Shown in pieces: positions 31,084 through 41,981 of a DNA stretch of 62,663 bases; position 1 is the first letter of the stretch; every line of letters begins with the position of its first letter. The position numbers and the translations under genes are program-made. The notes under the pieces are model-generated. The model ran no database searches, was not told where the DNA came from, and saw only the letters and a program-made list of their open reading frames with translations. Origin of the DNA: Candidatus Omnitrophota bacterium (GTDB taxonomy: Bacteria > Omnitrophota > Gorgyraeia > Pluralincolimonadales > Pluralincolimonadaceae); the NCBI GenBank assembly GCA_041653595.1, contig JBAZFB010000008.1:1-62663 (forward strand). The letters run 5' to 3'.

Positions 31084-31989
31084 TTAGAGCTCCTTATCGG
31101 TTAATTTCCTTAAGGCCTCCAGATACTTCTTGCTCGTCTTCTTGATGATATCCTCGGGCAGGTGCGGGGCCGGCGGGGTCTTGGGCCAATTTAAACTTTC
31201 AAGATAATCCCGCACGAACTGCTTATCGAAACTCGCCTGCGGCCCGCCCGGCTTGTATTTCTCTTTGGGCCAGAACCTCGACGAATCCGGCGTCAGGACC
31301 TCATCGATAAGTATCGTCTTGCCTTCTTCGGTAACGCCGAACTCGAACTTCGTGTCGGCGATTATTATCCCTTTCGAATCCGCGTATTCCGCGGCCCTGT
31401 TGTAGATCGCTATCGCCTTGCTCTTTACGAGGTCGTAAAGCCTGTCGCCGAGCTTCTTCCTCGCGCCGAACTCGGTGATGTTCAGGTCGTGGCCGATATC
31501 CTCCTTGGTCGAGGGGGTAAATATCGGCTCGGGCAGCTGGTCGGATTCCTTAAGGCCCTTCGGCAGTTTGATGCAGCATATCTCGCCGGTCTCTTTGTAT
31601 TCCCTCCACCCCGAACCTGAGAGGTATCCCCTGACCACGCATTCTATCGAAAGCGGCCGGGTCCTCTTTACCAGCATCGAGCGGTCCTTTAATATATCCG
31701 TCGAATCGCCGAGTTTATCGCGCAGCGATTCCATGTCGAACGTCACCGCGTGGTTCTCGCTCTGTTCTTTCAGGTAATCAAACCAGAACTTGGATATCTG
31801 CGTCAGGACCTTCCCCTTATAAGGGATGCCTTCGGACAGGACCACATCGAAACACGATATCCTGTCGGTCGCGACGATAAGCAATTTGCCGTCAAGCTCG
31901 TAGATATCGCGGACCTTCCCGCGCTTGAAAAATTTCAGCGGGATGTTCTCGGTAGTAAGCAAAACTTCTTCTTTTACTTTTTCAGTCAT
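31084..31989 (-). CDS. purC: SAICAR synthase
   Basis: ..RGKVRDIYEL.. and ..ADTKFEFG... The start is moved to MTEKVKEE (31989), which gives an ATGA overlap with the purB stop; the ORF track extends to 32148. Confidence 0.92.
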   Translation of the reverse strand: MTEKVKEEVLLTTENIPLKFFKRGKVRDIYELDGKLLIVATDRISCFDVVLSEGIPYKGKVLTQISKFWFDYLKEQSENHAVTFDMESLRDKLGDSTDILKDRSMLVKRTRPLSIECVVRGYLSGSGWREYKETGEICCIKLPKGLKESDQLPEPIFTPSTKEDIGHDLNITEFGARKKLGDRLYDLVKSKAIAIYNRAAEYADSKGIIIADTKFEFGVTEEGKTILIDEVLTPDSSRFWPKEKYKPGGPQASFDKQFVRDYLESLNWPKTPPAPHLPEDIIKKTSKKYLEALRKLTDKEL

Positions 31990-33278
31990 AGCCCTAACCG
32001 TTTGTATATCCTGTCGACGTTCTTGGTGTAATAGCCCAGGTCGAAGCAAGCTTCCACCTCCTCGTGCGTCAGGTACTTCGTGACGTCGATATCGTCCATT
32101 AATATCGCGTTGAACCCGATGTTCTCCTTCCAGACGCGCATCGCGCATTTCTGGACCATGTCATACGCCTCATTCCTCGCGAGCCCCTTGCCTATGAGCG
32201 CCAAAAGCACCCTCTGCGAGAATACGAGGCCCTTCATCCTCTCGAGGTTCTCTATCATCCGTTCGGGATAGACTGCCATGTGCATGGCGACATCGGTCGC
32301 CAGGTTCAGCATATAATCCAGGAGGATGCACGAATCCGGGATTATCACGCGCTCTACCGACGAGTGCGAGATGTCCCTCTCGTGCCACAACGAGATATTC
32401 TCCATCGCCGCCAGCGAATTCCCGCGCAGGACCCTCGCGAGCCCGGCTATGCGTTCGCATATCACAGGGTTCCTCTTGTGAGGCATCGCCGACGAGCCCT
32501 TCTGCCCCTCGGTAAACGGTTCCTCCGCCTCGAGGATCTCGGTCCTCTGGAGCGCCCTTATCTCGGTCGCGAATTTCTCGAGCGTGCCGCCTATTATGGC
32601 TATGGTCGTCAGGAACTGCGCGTGCCTGTCGCGCTGTATCACCTGCGTCGATATCGGCGCGGGCTCAAGCTTCAGCCGTTTGCAGACGTATTCCTCCACC
32701 CACGGGTCGACGTTGGCGAAAGTCCCGACCGCGCCGGATAATTTGCCCACGCTTATCGCCTTGCGCGCGGCTTCCATCCTGGCGATATCACGCTGTATCT
32801 CGGCGTAAATAAGAGCGAATTTAAGGCCGAACGTCATCGGCTCGGCGTGCACGCCGTGTGTCCTGCCGACGCACGGGGTGTTCTTGTATTTTTTGGCTTT
32901 TCTCTCTAACGCTATAAGGAATCTCTTGAGGTCGTCGATAAGGATATCGGCCGCGTCCCTCATCTGGAGCGAGAGCCCGGTATCGAGGACATCGCTTGAG
33001 GTAAGGCCCATGTGGATATATTTGGCGTCAGGCCCGACGTTCTCGGAGATGCTCTTTATGAAAGCGATAACGTCGTGCTTTGTCTCTTTTTCGATCTCTT
33101 TTATGCGGTCTACGTCGAAGCGGGCGCGCCTTTTGATCTCGGATAATGCGGAATTTGGTATAAGTTTCTTCCTCGCGAATGCCTCGCAGGCCATTAGCTC
33201 CACGTCGAGCATCCGCTGGAAACGGTTCCGGTCTTCCCAGATCTTACCCATCCTGGGCAGGGTGTATCTCTCGATCAT
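31986..33278 (-). CDS. purB: Adenylosuccinate lyase
   Basis: ..GSSAMPHKRNP.. signature. 430 aa. Confidence 0.95.
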   Translation of the reverse strand: MIERYTLPRMGKIWEDRNRFQRMLDVELMACEAFARKKLIPNSALSEIKRRARFDVDRIKEIEKETKHDVIAFIKSISENVGPDAKYIHMGLTSSDVLDTGLSLQMRDAADILIDDLKRFLIALERKAKKYKNTPCVGRTHGVHAEPMTFGLKFALIYAEIQRDIARMEAARKAISVGKLSGAVGTFANVDPWVEEYVCKRLKLEPAPISTQVIQRDRHAQFLTTIAIIGGTLEKFATEIRALQRTEILEAEEPFTEGQKGSSAMPHKRNPVICERIAGLARVLRGNSLAAMENISLWHERDISHSSVERVIIPDSCILLDYMLNLATDVAMHMAVYPERMIENLERMKGLVFSQRVLLALIGKGLARNEAYDMVQKCAMRVWKENIGFNAILMDDIDVTKYLTHEEVEACFDLGYYTKNVDRIYKRLGL

Positions 33279-33381
33279 CTTGCCTCCAAAGGTGTAAAAC
33301 CCGTAAAGGAGAGTCCTTCGGACATAATTTGTTCTTCTTATTTGAGGATTTCTAGTTTAATGAAGGCTTGTGCTACGATTA

Positions 33382-33410
33382 TTTATACCACAAATGGCTT
33401 GTGGTGTCAA
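33382..33410 (-). promoter_or_regulatory. Near-consensus sigma70 promoter upstream of purB, with a palindrome in the spacer
   Basis: Minus strand: TTGACA-ccacaagccatttgtgg-TATAAA, with an exact 17-nt spacer. The spacer contains the inverted repeat CCACAA-n5-TTGTGG. Confidence 0.55.
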
Positions 33411-33452
33411 AATAATTCTCACACAAGGTCTTGGGGAAATTCGCTGATTAAC

Positions 33453-34280
33453 CTATTGTTTTTCTTTTTCTGCAAGAGCCAGGCTTTCCGCATTGCTATA
33501 AACTAACAGGCCTTCTCCTTTTGATAATTCGATCCTGTCCCCTTCCTTGCTGCTGCCCCAATAATATCTTTCATCCGGCATCGATGCCCCGTATTTACCG
33601 TGTTTTTTATTCAGGGATGAGATCATGGCATCTCCGCGGAAAGCATCCGGGCCCTTTATCGATACCTTGAAAAGCTTTTCGCTCTTTGGGGTAAAATAAA
33701 GTTTTACTATGACGTGCTCATTGAGAATAATATCGTCAAATTGAAAAATGTTCCCTTCGGGGTCATTTGCCGCATACATACTCACGTTCTCTTTACCCTG
33801 GGATAGCGCTAATTCATGAGCCTCTGTTTTAGGCATTCCCCACTTAAAATCGCCATATTGCGCAGTGATCCGCTTGGCGCTTCCGGATGACCGGTTGTTG
33901 TCGCTGGGAAGGCGATATCCATCATTCGTTTCATTTGAGATAGCGGCCTGAATGGCTGGCGTTGGATTGTCTAACACCAGGGCAACTGTCCTATTATCGG
34001 ATATCATGGAATAAGATACCCGGAAGGTGGTATTCGTTCCTGCGCCTGCCATGGTAACATTCGCGTTACCCGCGTAATTGTTGCCCCCGGACTTGACGTA
34101 CGAGATATCGGTTACCGTGAATTTCGATTCCGGGATACGGAGCGTACCGGCTACCGACCGGATAATCAAATCTGAAATTATCGGGTTTATCTTTCTGCTG
34201 TTTATATCTTCGCACCGCCCTATACCGCTCAGGCAACACACCATAATTGCCGCGCCTATAAGTACACTCAAACCTTTCAT
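33453..34280 (-). CDS. Hypothetical secreted protein or lipoprotein
   Basis: 275-aa ORF. The N-terminal signal has Cys residues (..VCCLSGIGRC..). GGGGGAAG SD upstream. No recognisable domain. Visibly lower G+C than its neighbours. Confidence 0.6.
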   Translation of the reverse strand: MKGLSVLIGAAIMVCCLSGIGRCEDINSRKINPIISDLIIRSVAGTLRIPESKFTVTDISYVKSGGNNYAGNANVTMAGAGTNTTFRVSYSMISDNRTVALVLDNPTPAIQAAISNETNDGYRLPSDNNRSSGSAKRITAQYGDFKWGMPKTEAHELALSQGKENVSMYAANDPEGNIFQFDDIILNEHVIVKLYFTPKSEKLFKVSIKGPDAFRGDAMISSLNKKHGKYGASMPDERYYWGSSKEGDRIELSKGEGLLVYSNAESLALAEKEKQ

Positions 34281-34310
34281 ATCTTCCCCCGGTTATTTTT
34301 TCATTTTACT

Positions 34311-34349
34311 CCAAATAAAAAGCCCCCGCAACATTTAGTTGCGAGGGCT
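34311..34349 (-). terminator. Rho-independent terminator downstream of tRNA-fMet
   Basis: The minus-strand RNA is AGCCCUCGCAA-CUAAAU-GUUGCGGGGGCU, an 11-bp stem including one G-U pair. It is followed by UUUUAUUUGG. Confidence 0.7.
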
Positions 34350-34354
34350 GATAT

Positions 34355-34431
34355 TGGTAGCGGGGAGAGGATTTGAACCTCTGACCTCAAGGTTATGAGC
34401 CTTGCGAGCTACCAGGCTGCTCCACCCCGCG
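34355..34431 (-). tRNA. tRNA-Met (anticodon CAU), initiator-like
   Basis: Reverse complement CGCGGGG-TG-GAGC-AGCCTGGTA-GCTC-G-CAAGG-CTCATAA-CCTTG-AGGTC-AGAGG-TTCAAAT-CCTCT-CCCCGCT-A-CCA. The acceptor and D arm are nearly identical to the E. coli tRNA-fMet as I remember it. It has a 1:72 mismatch and A11:U24. Confidence 0.85.
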
Positions 34432-34490
34432 ATAGTGATTAAAGTATAGCAAGCCCCGCATGTAAAAGCAAGGGCTAAATCAGGCGGGAA

Positions 34491-34965
34491 TTACCGGCCT
34501 TGTTTCTCTTCGACGTGTTTTTTGATGTCGGTCTGGAGCTCGCCGCTATCCACAAGGAAATTCTTCAGCTTATCCTCAAAAGGCGAGGCCTTGAAGGACT
34601 TCCCTTCGGGAGAGGAGGACATGTTCTCGCGGAAGCCCGAATCCGGGCGGCTGCCGCGTCTTCCTCCGTTGTCCCTCTGCGGACGCCCGCCGGAGGGGAA
34701 CTGGCCCCTTGGCTGGCGCGACGCCTGTTCCTTGCCGCTCTTTAAGGTGAGGTCTATCTTGCCGTCAGGCGAAACCTTTATTATCTTCGCCTTGACCTTG
34801 TCGCCCACCTTAAGATGGTCCTCGACTTTCTTCACATAGGAGTCGGAGACCTGCGAAATATGGATCAGGCCCTTTTTGTTCCCGAATTTCACGAAGGCGC
34901 CGAACTCGGCTATCTTCATGACCTCGGCATCAACTACATCGTCGATCTTTACTTCCTGGGTGGCG

Positions 34966-34976
<11 letters not shown>
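34491..34976 (-). CDS. S1 RNA-binding domain protein (YabR/GSP13-like) with an Arg/Gly-rich tail
   Basis: ..DAEVMKIAEFGAFVKFGNKKGLIHISQVSDSYVKKVEDHLKVGDKVKAKIIKV.. is a canonical S1 fold sequence. Confidence 0.85.
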
Positions 34977-36521
<1,545 letters not shown>

Positions 36522-36562
36522 CTATAGTTTAAAACATCCGTCGGCGGATGTCAACCCCGCGC

Positions 36563-38020
36563 TCAATCCTCTTCCGGAGGATGGACCTCGTTTACCTGTG
36601 TCTTTATCGCGTGTATCAGGTCTTCGCAATATTTTATTAATTTCTTCTCTTTCGCGGCGGTCATCGCCTCGAAATGGAACCTGATGAGCGGCTCTGTGCC
36701 CGACGGACGGACCAGGACCCAGCTCGAGTCGGCAAGGGTAAATTTGTAACCGTCCATCGTATCCAGTTTCGCGACTTTCATGCCGGCTATCTCTTTCGGC
36801 GGGCGGCTCTTGAGCATATGGAGAAGCCTCGCCTTCTGGTCGTCGGTAAGCCTGACGTTCAATTTCCCCGGATACGACCTGCCGAACTCGCGGTATATCT
36901 CATTTAATATGGCGCTCAGCTTCTTGCCCCTGACCGCCACCATCTCGGCGACCAGCAGGCACGCGAGTATCCCGTCTTTCTCCGGGACGTGGTTGGCTAT
37001 CGACAATCCGCCGGATTCCTCGCCGCCTATTATGCATTCTCCGGTCATCAATACCTCGCCGATATATTTGAAACCGATAGGCGTCTCGACGACCTCGATG
37101 CCGTACCGGGCCGCTATCCTGTCTACGAGCCGCGTCGTCGAATGCGTGCGCGCGACCTTCGGCAGGCGCGGCCGCGTATCTATCAAATGCTTGAATAACA
37201 ACGATATTACTTCGTCCGGCGTATAGAACCTGCCGTTCTCGTCCACTATCCCGAACCTGTCCGCGTCGCCGTCGAGGCCGAGGCCGAGGTCGGCCTTGTG
37301 CCTCTTCACTTCGCGGAGCATCTTCCCTATATTATTTTTTGCCGGCTCCGGCGGGTGTCCGCCGAAGAGCGGGTCGAGATTGTCGTTCAATAATATGACT
37401 TTGCACCCGTTCTCCGTTAATATGCGGTCCAGGTATCCGCGGCCGGTCCCGTGCATCACGTCAACGACCGCTTTAAGGCGGGCTTTCTTTATCGCGGAGA
37501 GGTCGACAAGGTCTTTTATCCGCGCGAAATACGCCCGGCGGGGGTCAAATTCTTCTATGCGGCATTTAAGTTCCGAAGGCAGCGGCTCTTCTACCTCGCC
37601 TTTGATTTTGGCGGCGCGCATCTCTATCTCTTTCGTGACTTCCGGCTCGGCCGGGCCGCCGTGCGAGGGCGAAAATTTTAGGCCGTTATATTCGGGCGGG
37701 TTATGGCTCGCGGTTATGTTTATGGCGCCGTCGGCTTCTTTATGGACCACCTGGAACGAGATCACAGGCGTAGGCGTGTCGCGCTCGGTAAGGAGGACCT
37801 TCACGCCGTTCGCGCAGAGGACTTTGGCCGCGGCTGACGCGAATTCCCTTGAATCGAAGCGGGTATCGTGGCCGATTATTACGACGGGCGGGGCCTTTTT
37901 GGAAGGGTGGTGCGCCTTTACGTAGCCTGCTATCGCCTGCGCTGCTTTTCTTACGTTCGAGAACGTGAATCCGTCGGCCATTACTGCGCGCCAACCGGAT
38001 GTGCCAAACTTTATCGACAT
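36563..38020 (-). CDS. Phosphoglucomutase/phosphomannomutase family protein
   Basis: ..FGTSGWRA.., the active-site Ser loop TASHNPPEYNG, and ..GDGDADR... 485 aa. Confidence 0.88.
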   Translation of the reverse strand: MSIKFGTSGWRAVMADGFTFSNVRKAAQAIAGYVKAHHPSKKAPPVVIIGHDTRFDSREFASAAAKVLCANGVKVLLTERDTPTPVISFQVVHKEADGAINITASHNPPEYNGLKFSPSHGGPAEPEVTKEIEMRAAKIKGEVEEPLPSELKCRIEEFDPRRAYFARIKDLVDLSAIKKARLKAVVDVMHGTGRGYLDRILTENGCKVILLNDNLDPLFGGHPPEPAKNNIGKMLREVKRHKADLGLGLDGDADRFGIVDENGRFYTPDEVISLLFKHLIDTRPRLPKVARTHSTTRLVDRIAARYGIEVVETPIGFKYIGEVLMTGECIIGGEESGGLSIANHVPEKDGILACLLVAEMVAVRGKKLSAILNEIYREFGRSYPGKLNVRLTDDQKARLLHMLKSRPPKEIAGMKVAKLDTMDGYKFTLADSSWVLVRPSGTEPLIRFHFEAMTAAKEKKLIKYCEDLIHAIKTQVNEVHPPEED

Positions 38021-38620
38021 CTACTTTACTATTACTCTCCTGCCTGCCGCCTTCAGCTTCCCCCTCGCGAACAACTCGATCGCTTCGGGGTAGATCTTGT
38101 GTTCCAGTTTGTGGACACGAGCTAGAAGCGTTTTTTCGCTATCGTTATTTTTTACGGGACATGCCGCCTGCAGGACTATGGGTCCCGCGTCGACTTCCTC
38201 TGTCACGAAATGGACTGTCGCTCCCGTAACTTTGACGCCATATTTTATCGCATCTCTTATCGCTTGTCCACCTTTAAATGCTGGCAGTAGCGCCGGGTGG
38301 ATGTTCAATATCCTGTTCCTGTATCTCTTCACGAAACTATCGCTCAATATCCGCATATACCCGGCGAGCGCGATAAGCTTTATCTTTTTGCTGTTGAGTT
38401 CCCGGACGACCGCGGCCTCGAGCTGCTTTTTTGACGGGAAATCCTTCGGGTCGAATATGGCGACCGGTATGCCGGCGCGCCTGGCGCGCTCGACCGCATA
38501 AGCCCCGGGATTATCGCAGACGACGAGCGCGAGCTTCGCGCTGATGCGCCTCTTCTTCGAGGCGTCGATTATCGCCTGAAGGTTCGTCCCGTGTCCGGAG
38601 CAGAAGACCGCGAAGTTCAT
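38021..38620 (-). CDS. purN: Phosphoribosylglycinamide formyltransferase
   Basis: ..VFCSGHGTNLQAI.. and ..NIHPALLPAFKG... 199 aa. Confidence 0.92.
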   Translation of the reverse strand: MNFAVFCSGHGTNLQAIIDASKKRRISAKLALVVCDNPGAYAVERARRAGIPVAIFDPKDFPSKKQLEAAVVRELNSKKIKLIALAGYMRILSDSFVKRYRNRILNIHPALLPAFKGGQAIRDAIKYGVKVTGATVHFVTEEVDAGPIVLQAACPVKNNDSEKTLLARVHKLEHKIYPEAIELFARGKLKAAGRRVIVK

Positions 38621-38645
38621 CCCGGTTTCTCCCTGGTCTTTGGGT

Positions 38646-38975
38646 TCATTTAAGCAGCGCGTCCAGTTTTCTAACCAGCTCTTCCTTTGGCGTGACGCCT
38701 ATGACGCGGCTCGCCTCTTTGCCGTCCTTGAATATTATAAGGGTGGGGATATTCATCACGTTAAAACGGGATGCCGTCTCGCCGGCCTCGTCTACCTCGA
38801 CCTTGGCGACCTTTACTTTTCCCGCGTAATCTTTGGCTATCGCCTCGACCGTCGGCGCTACCATCTTGCACGGCATGCACCAGGACGCCCAGAAATCCAC
38901 GAGCGCCACTCCCTTCGCCTGCGTTATCTCCTTGTCAAAATCGTCGTCTTTCAGATGCAAAATGTTGTCGGACAT
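38646..38975 (-). CDS. trxA: Thioredoxin
   Basis: 109 aa with the active site WASWCMPCK. Confidence 0.95.
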   Translation of the reverse strand: MSDNILHLKDDDFDKEITQAKGVALVDFWASWCMPCKMVAPTVEAIAKDYAGKVKVAKVEVDEAGETASRFNVMNIPTLIIFKDGKEASRVIGVTPKEELVRKLDALLK

Positions 38976-39008
38976 GGTCTACTCCATTGTTAGGGCCTAG
39001 ATTATAGC

Positions 39009-41981
39009 TTATGGCCTAGGCAGTGTCAAGAAACGCGATTTTCGCTTTAATCTCCTCACCAGCACGACGGGCACCAGGACGCACAGGGCCGCCACAGCCA
39101 ACGGCGGCGCCGACGCCTTAAGCGGCTCTATCTCTTCGGGATTCTCATCGAAACTCAGCGCCAGCGAGCTCTTGAGTTTCTGGGCCTCCTTCAGCTCCAT
39201 CCTTCTTTTCTGCGCCTCGTTCTCTACGACGATATATGCCGTTGCCGGCACCAGCACTCCGCTTTTCCTGCTGAGATCGACGACTTCCCGCAGGAGGACG
39301 GATGAAACGGACGGGTTCCGGTCCAGCCGGATATTATAGAGCCAGGCCTGCGCCGCCAACGGGTATTTTCCGCCGGATAATAAAACAGGTGTTATCCCTG
39401 ACGGGCGGAATTTCGCGGATGAGCCGTCAAAAACCTCTATATCGCCTCCGGCGGAGGCGCCGAAATAAACCACCGCATCGCCTTTGCCGCAGACAGCCAA
39501 TTCGCCGGATGACTTCAGTACTACGACTTGTTTTGCCGGCGGCGCGCCGAATGCGACCTTATCGACTGCATCGCCTGATACCGAGACGTAATAGCCCTTC
39601 TCCTCCGGCACGATCGCCGAAAAACCGGAGAAGCTTCCTTCATCCGCGCACACGGCATCCTTTCCGGTCAGCGCGATGAATACGGGATACCGCATGAACC
39701 GGGGGCTGCCAGGAGAATCCCTCATCGCATCGCTTTCATACATCAGCAGCGACCTTTTTACTGCGCGTTCTTTGAGGAAAGCGCCGCGGCGCTGCAAGCC
39801 GCATGACATTATCGCATTCTTTATCCCTTCATGGTCTTTGGCGTCAAATTGGCCGATATCGCAAAATTCGAAATTCGCGGCCGTCAACCACACTCTTCGC
39901 GCATCCGGGAAACGCGCGCAGATCGCTTTTATCCTATCGGCGTATGCCGGCGCCTGCGGGCCGGAATTTTTCGAGTAATCGAGCACAAAATACAGGTACG
40001 GCTCCCTGGACACGCCGGGCAGTTTGTCCGCGGCATTACCCGGCAGATACAGTAGTAAGCCGCCCTTTCCTGCCGCCGCGGAAACGGCTGCGCTTTTATC
40101 AGCGCGCCCGTTATCTCCGAGCAATACCTTCCTGTCCCCTATCCTGATATCCGGCGAAAAACCCGCAGGATACATGAATTCTATGACGGTCACGCGCTCC
40201 TCTTTTTCCGCGAATGGATACACGCTGAGGTTCAGCCGGCCGTCCTGTTTATATATCAGCAATCCCGGGTCCCTGCGCGAGTCGCGTATCATGCGGTAGG
40301 CCCACATGGCTGTCTTTCTTTCAAAAATACTTCCCGGGACAAGCTCTCCGTCCATCTTGAGCCAGTATCCGGAGACAAGGACGTATGGCGGGACCTCGAT
40401 ATCGGCATTAAATTCGGAGTTCGAGCCGCCGGTATTCTTCATGTTTATCGTGACGCGTTTTTTCACGAGCCCGGGGCAATCGACATCAGAAACCTCGGCG
40501 GAAACCATATCTACCTGCGAAGTCGTCGCAGCGCGTAACGCGCGGCTCTGCGCGCTCAGGCCCCTGTGGCGGCTCCGCGACATGAGCAGGTTTAACCCGT
40601 CCGGAGACTTGGGAATATCTTTACCCTCAAATATTTTGTAGAGATTTTCGACCTTGCTGTCCTGCAAGACCATGCCGTTAAAAACTATCTTGTTGTAACA
40701 CGACGAGATGAGAGGCACATTTATGCCGTCCTTGTAATTGCGCAATTTAAGTATCGCGTTCTTCGCCGCGGCCGCGCTCCCTTCATACCTGGACTGTTTT
40801 ACGTAGTCCGGGCTGTATATGTAATCCACGGCCTTTGAAAGCGAGATCTTATCGAAGACAGCCGATATCGTGAAGCAGGCAGGTATGAAAAGGACAGCCG
40901 CGACGGCGAGTACGGCCGGCAGGGCCCTTGCCCCTTCCCACAGCTTCGTGTAACCGTCGCCGATCCGCTTGCAGTGGATAATGAAAAGCGCCGTCGGGGC
41001 CAGTATCAGGAAACCGGCTCCCGCCGCCAGTATCGCGAACAGCGCGAGAGGCAGGAAAGGCAGGAATATCAGGAAAAAATAAAGCGTAAACGGAAAAGTG
41101 GAACACCGGACCAGCCATAACGCGCGGTCTGCGGTCCTGTTACCGCACTGCGGGATTATCAGGGCCAACCCGTTTACGATAGCCAGGAAATATACCGCCG
41201 GCGCCTGGAAATCCGCGGGAAACGGTATGAAACTGTTCAGCCACAACCCCCCTAGCGGCGCGGCGATACCCGCAAAGAATGTCAGCAAGATCATGCCTAA
41301 CTTTTCGCGCTGCACCGACCATTCATAAATCGCCGTCAAGATGCGCAGCAGCAGCATGATAACCGACAAGGTCGATACCACGACAAAAATGAAAAGGAAC
41401 ATTCCGGCAGAAAGCCCGCCCGGCTTAAAGAACGGGATATTAAAGAGCACATACCATACCAGCGGTATTGCCAGAAGTATCAGCAGCGAAACCCCCGCAT
41501 CTAAGCGCTTGCCCAATTTTGTCTTGAAGGAAGAGAGGATCATCGCCGAGTAAAAAATGGCGGGCATGACGAAGATGAACTGGTAATAGATGACCTCGCC
41601 CTGATCGAGCACCCATGGCATGATCGAGAACGGCAAAATGCCTGTCAAATTACTTATAAAATTCCACAGGTACATTATATTAAGCGCCAGAAGCATTGCC
41701 GCGGGCATCCAACTCACGGGCCTGTTCCGCCTTTTCAGGTCGATATACATCAAAGTTCCGCAGGCGAACAATAACAGCTGGAAGATAAGCACGAATAAAG
41801 CGGCGGATTTTCCGGCGGCGCTTATCTCGCTTTTAATTACCCAGTACGAATTAAGGTTGAGCAACAGCAATATCGCCTGCGGGGCCGTTATGACCCATAA
41901 CAGTATCGACGGCTTCCTTACGCTGTTGATGGCCGTGGAATTTTCCGCGTTATCTGTTTCCACCGGAAAATCTCCTTTCAA
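39009..41981 (-). CDS. Giant polytopic membrane / VIT-like-domain protein with a PEP-CTERM-type (MSEP-CTERM-like) C-terminal sorting signal
   Basis: 990 aa. There are about 10 or more N-terminal TM helices. A central beta-rich region (..VTINMKNTGGSNSEFNADIEVPPYVLVSGYWLKMDGELVPG..) resembles a VIT domain. The C-terminus ..NPEEIEPLKASAPPLAVAALCVLVPVVLVRRLKRKSRF has an EP motif, a TM helix and a basic cluster. Overlaps the upstream exosortase-family gene by 32 nt. Confidence 0.65.
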   Translation of the reverse strand: MKGDFPVETDNAENSTAINSVRKPSILLWVITAPQAILLLLNLNSYWVIKSEISAAGKSAALFVLIFQLLLFACGTLMYIDLKRRNRPVSWMPAAMLLALNIMYLWNFISNLTGILPFSIMPWVLDQGEVIYYQFIFVMPAIFYSAMILSSFKTKLGKRLDAGVSLLILLAIPLVWYVLFNIPFFKPGGLSAGMFLFIFVVVSTLSVIMLLLRILTAIYEWSVQREKLGMILLTFFAGIAAPLGGLWLNSFIPFPADFQAPAVYFLAIVNGLALIIPQCGNRTADRALWLVRCSTFPFTLYFFLIFLPFLPLALFAILAAGAGFLILAPTALFIIHCKRIGDGYTKLWEGARALPAVLAVAAVLFIPACFTISAVFDKISLSKAVDYIYSPDYVKQSRYEGSAAAAKNAILKLRNYKDGINVPLISSCYNKIVFNGMVLQDSKVENLYKIFEGKDIPKSPDGLNLLMSRSRHRGLSAQSRALRAATTSQVDMVSAEVSDVDCPGLVKKRVTINMKNTGGSNSEFNADIEVPPYVLVSGYWLKMDGELVPGSIFERKTAMWAYRMIRDSRRDPGLLIYKQDGRLNLSVYPFAEKEERVTVIEFMYPAGFSPDIRIGDRKVLLGDNGRADKSAAVSAAAGKGGLLLYLPGNAADKLPGVSREPYLYFVLDYSKNSGPQAPAYADRIKAICARFPDARRVWLTAANFEFCDIGQFDAKDHEGIKNAIMSCGLQRRGAFLKERAVKRSLLMYESDAMRDSPGSPRFMRYPVFIALTGKDAVCADEGSFSGFSAIVPEEKGYYVSVSGDAVDKVAFGAPPAKQVVVLKSSGELAVCGKGDAVVYFGASAGGDIEVFDGSSAKFRPSGITPVLLSGGKYPLAAQAWLYNIRLDRNPSVSSVLLREVVDLSRKSGVLVPATAYIVVENEAQKRRMELKEAQKLKSSLALSFDENPEEIEPLKASAPPLAVAALCVLVPVVLVRRLKRKSRFLTLPRP

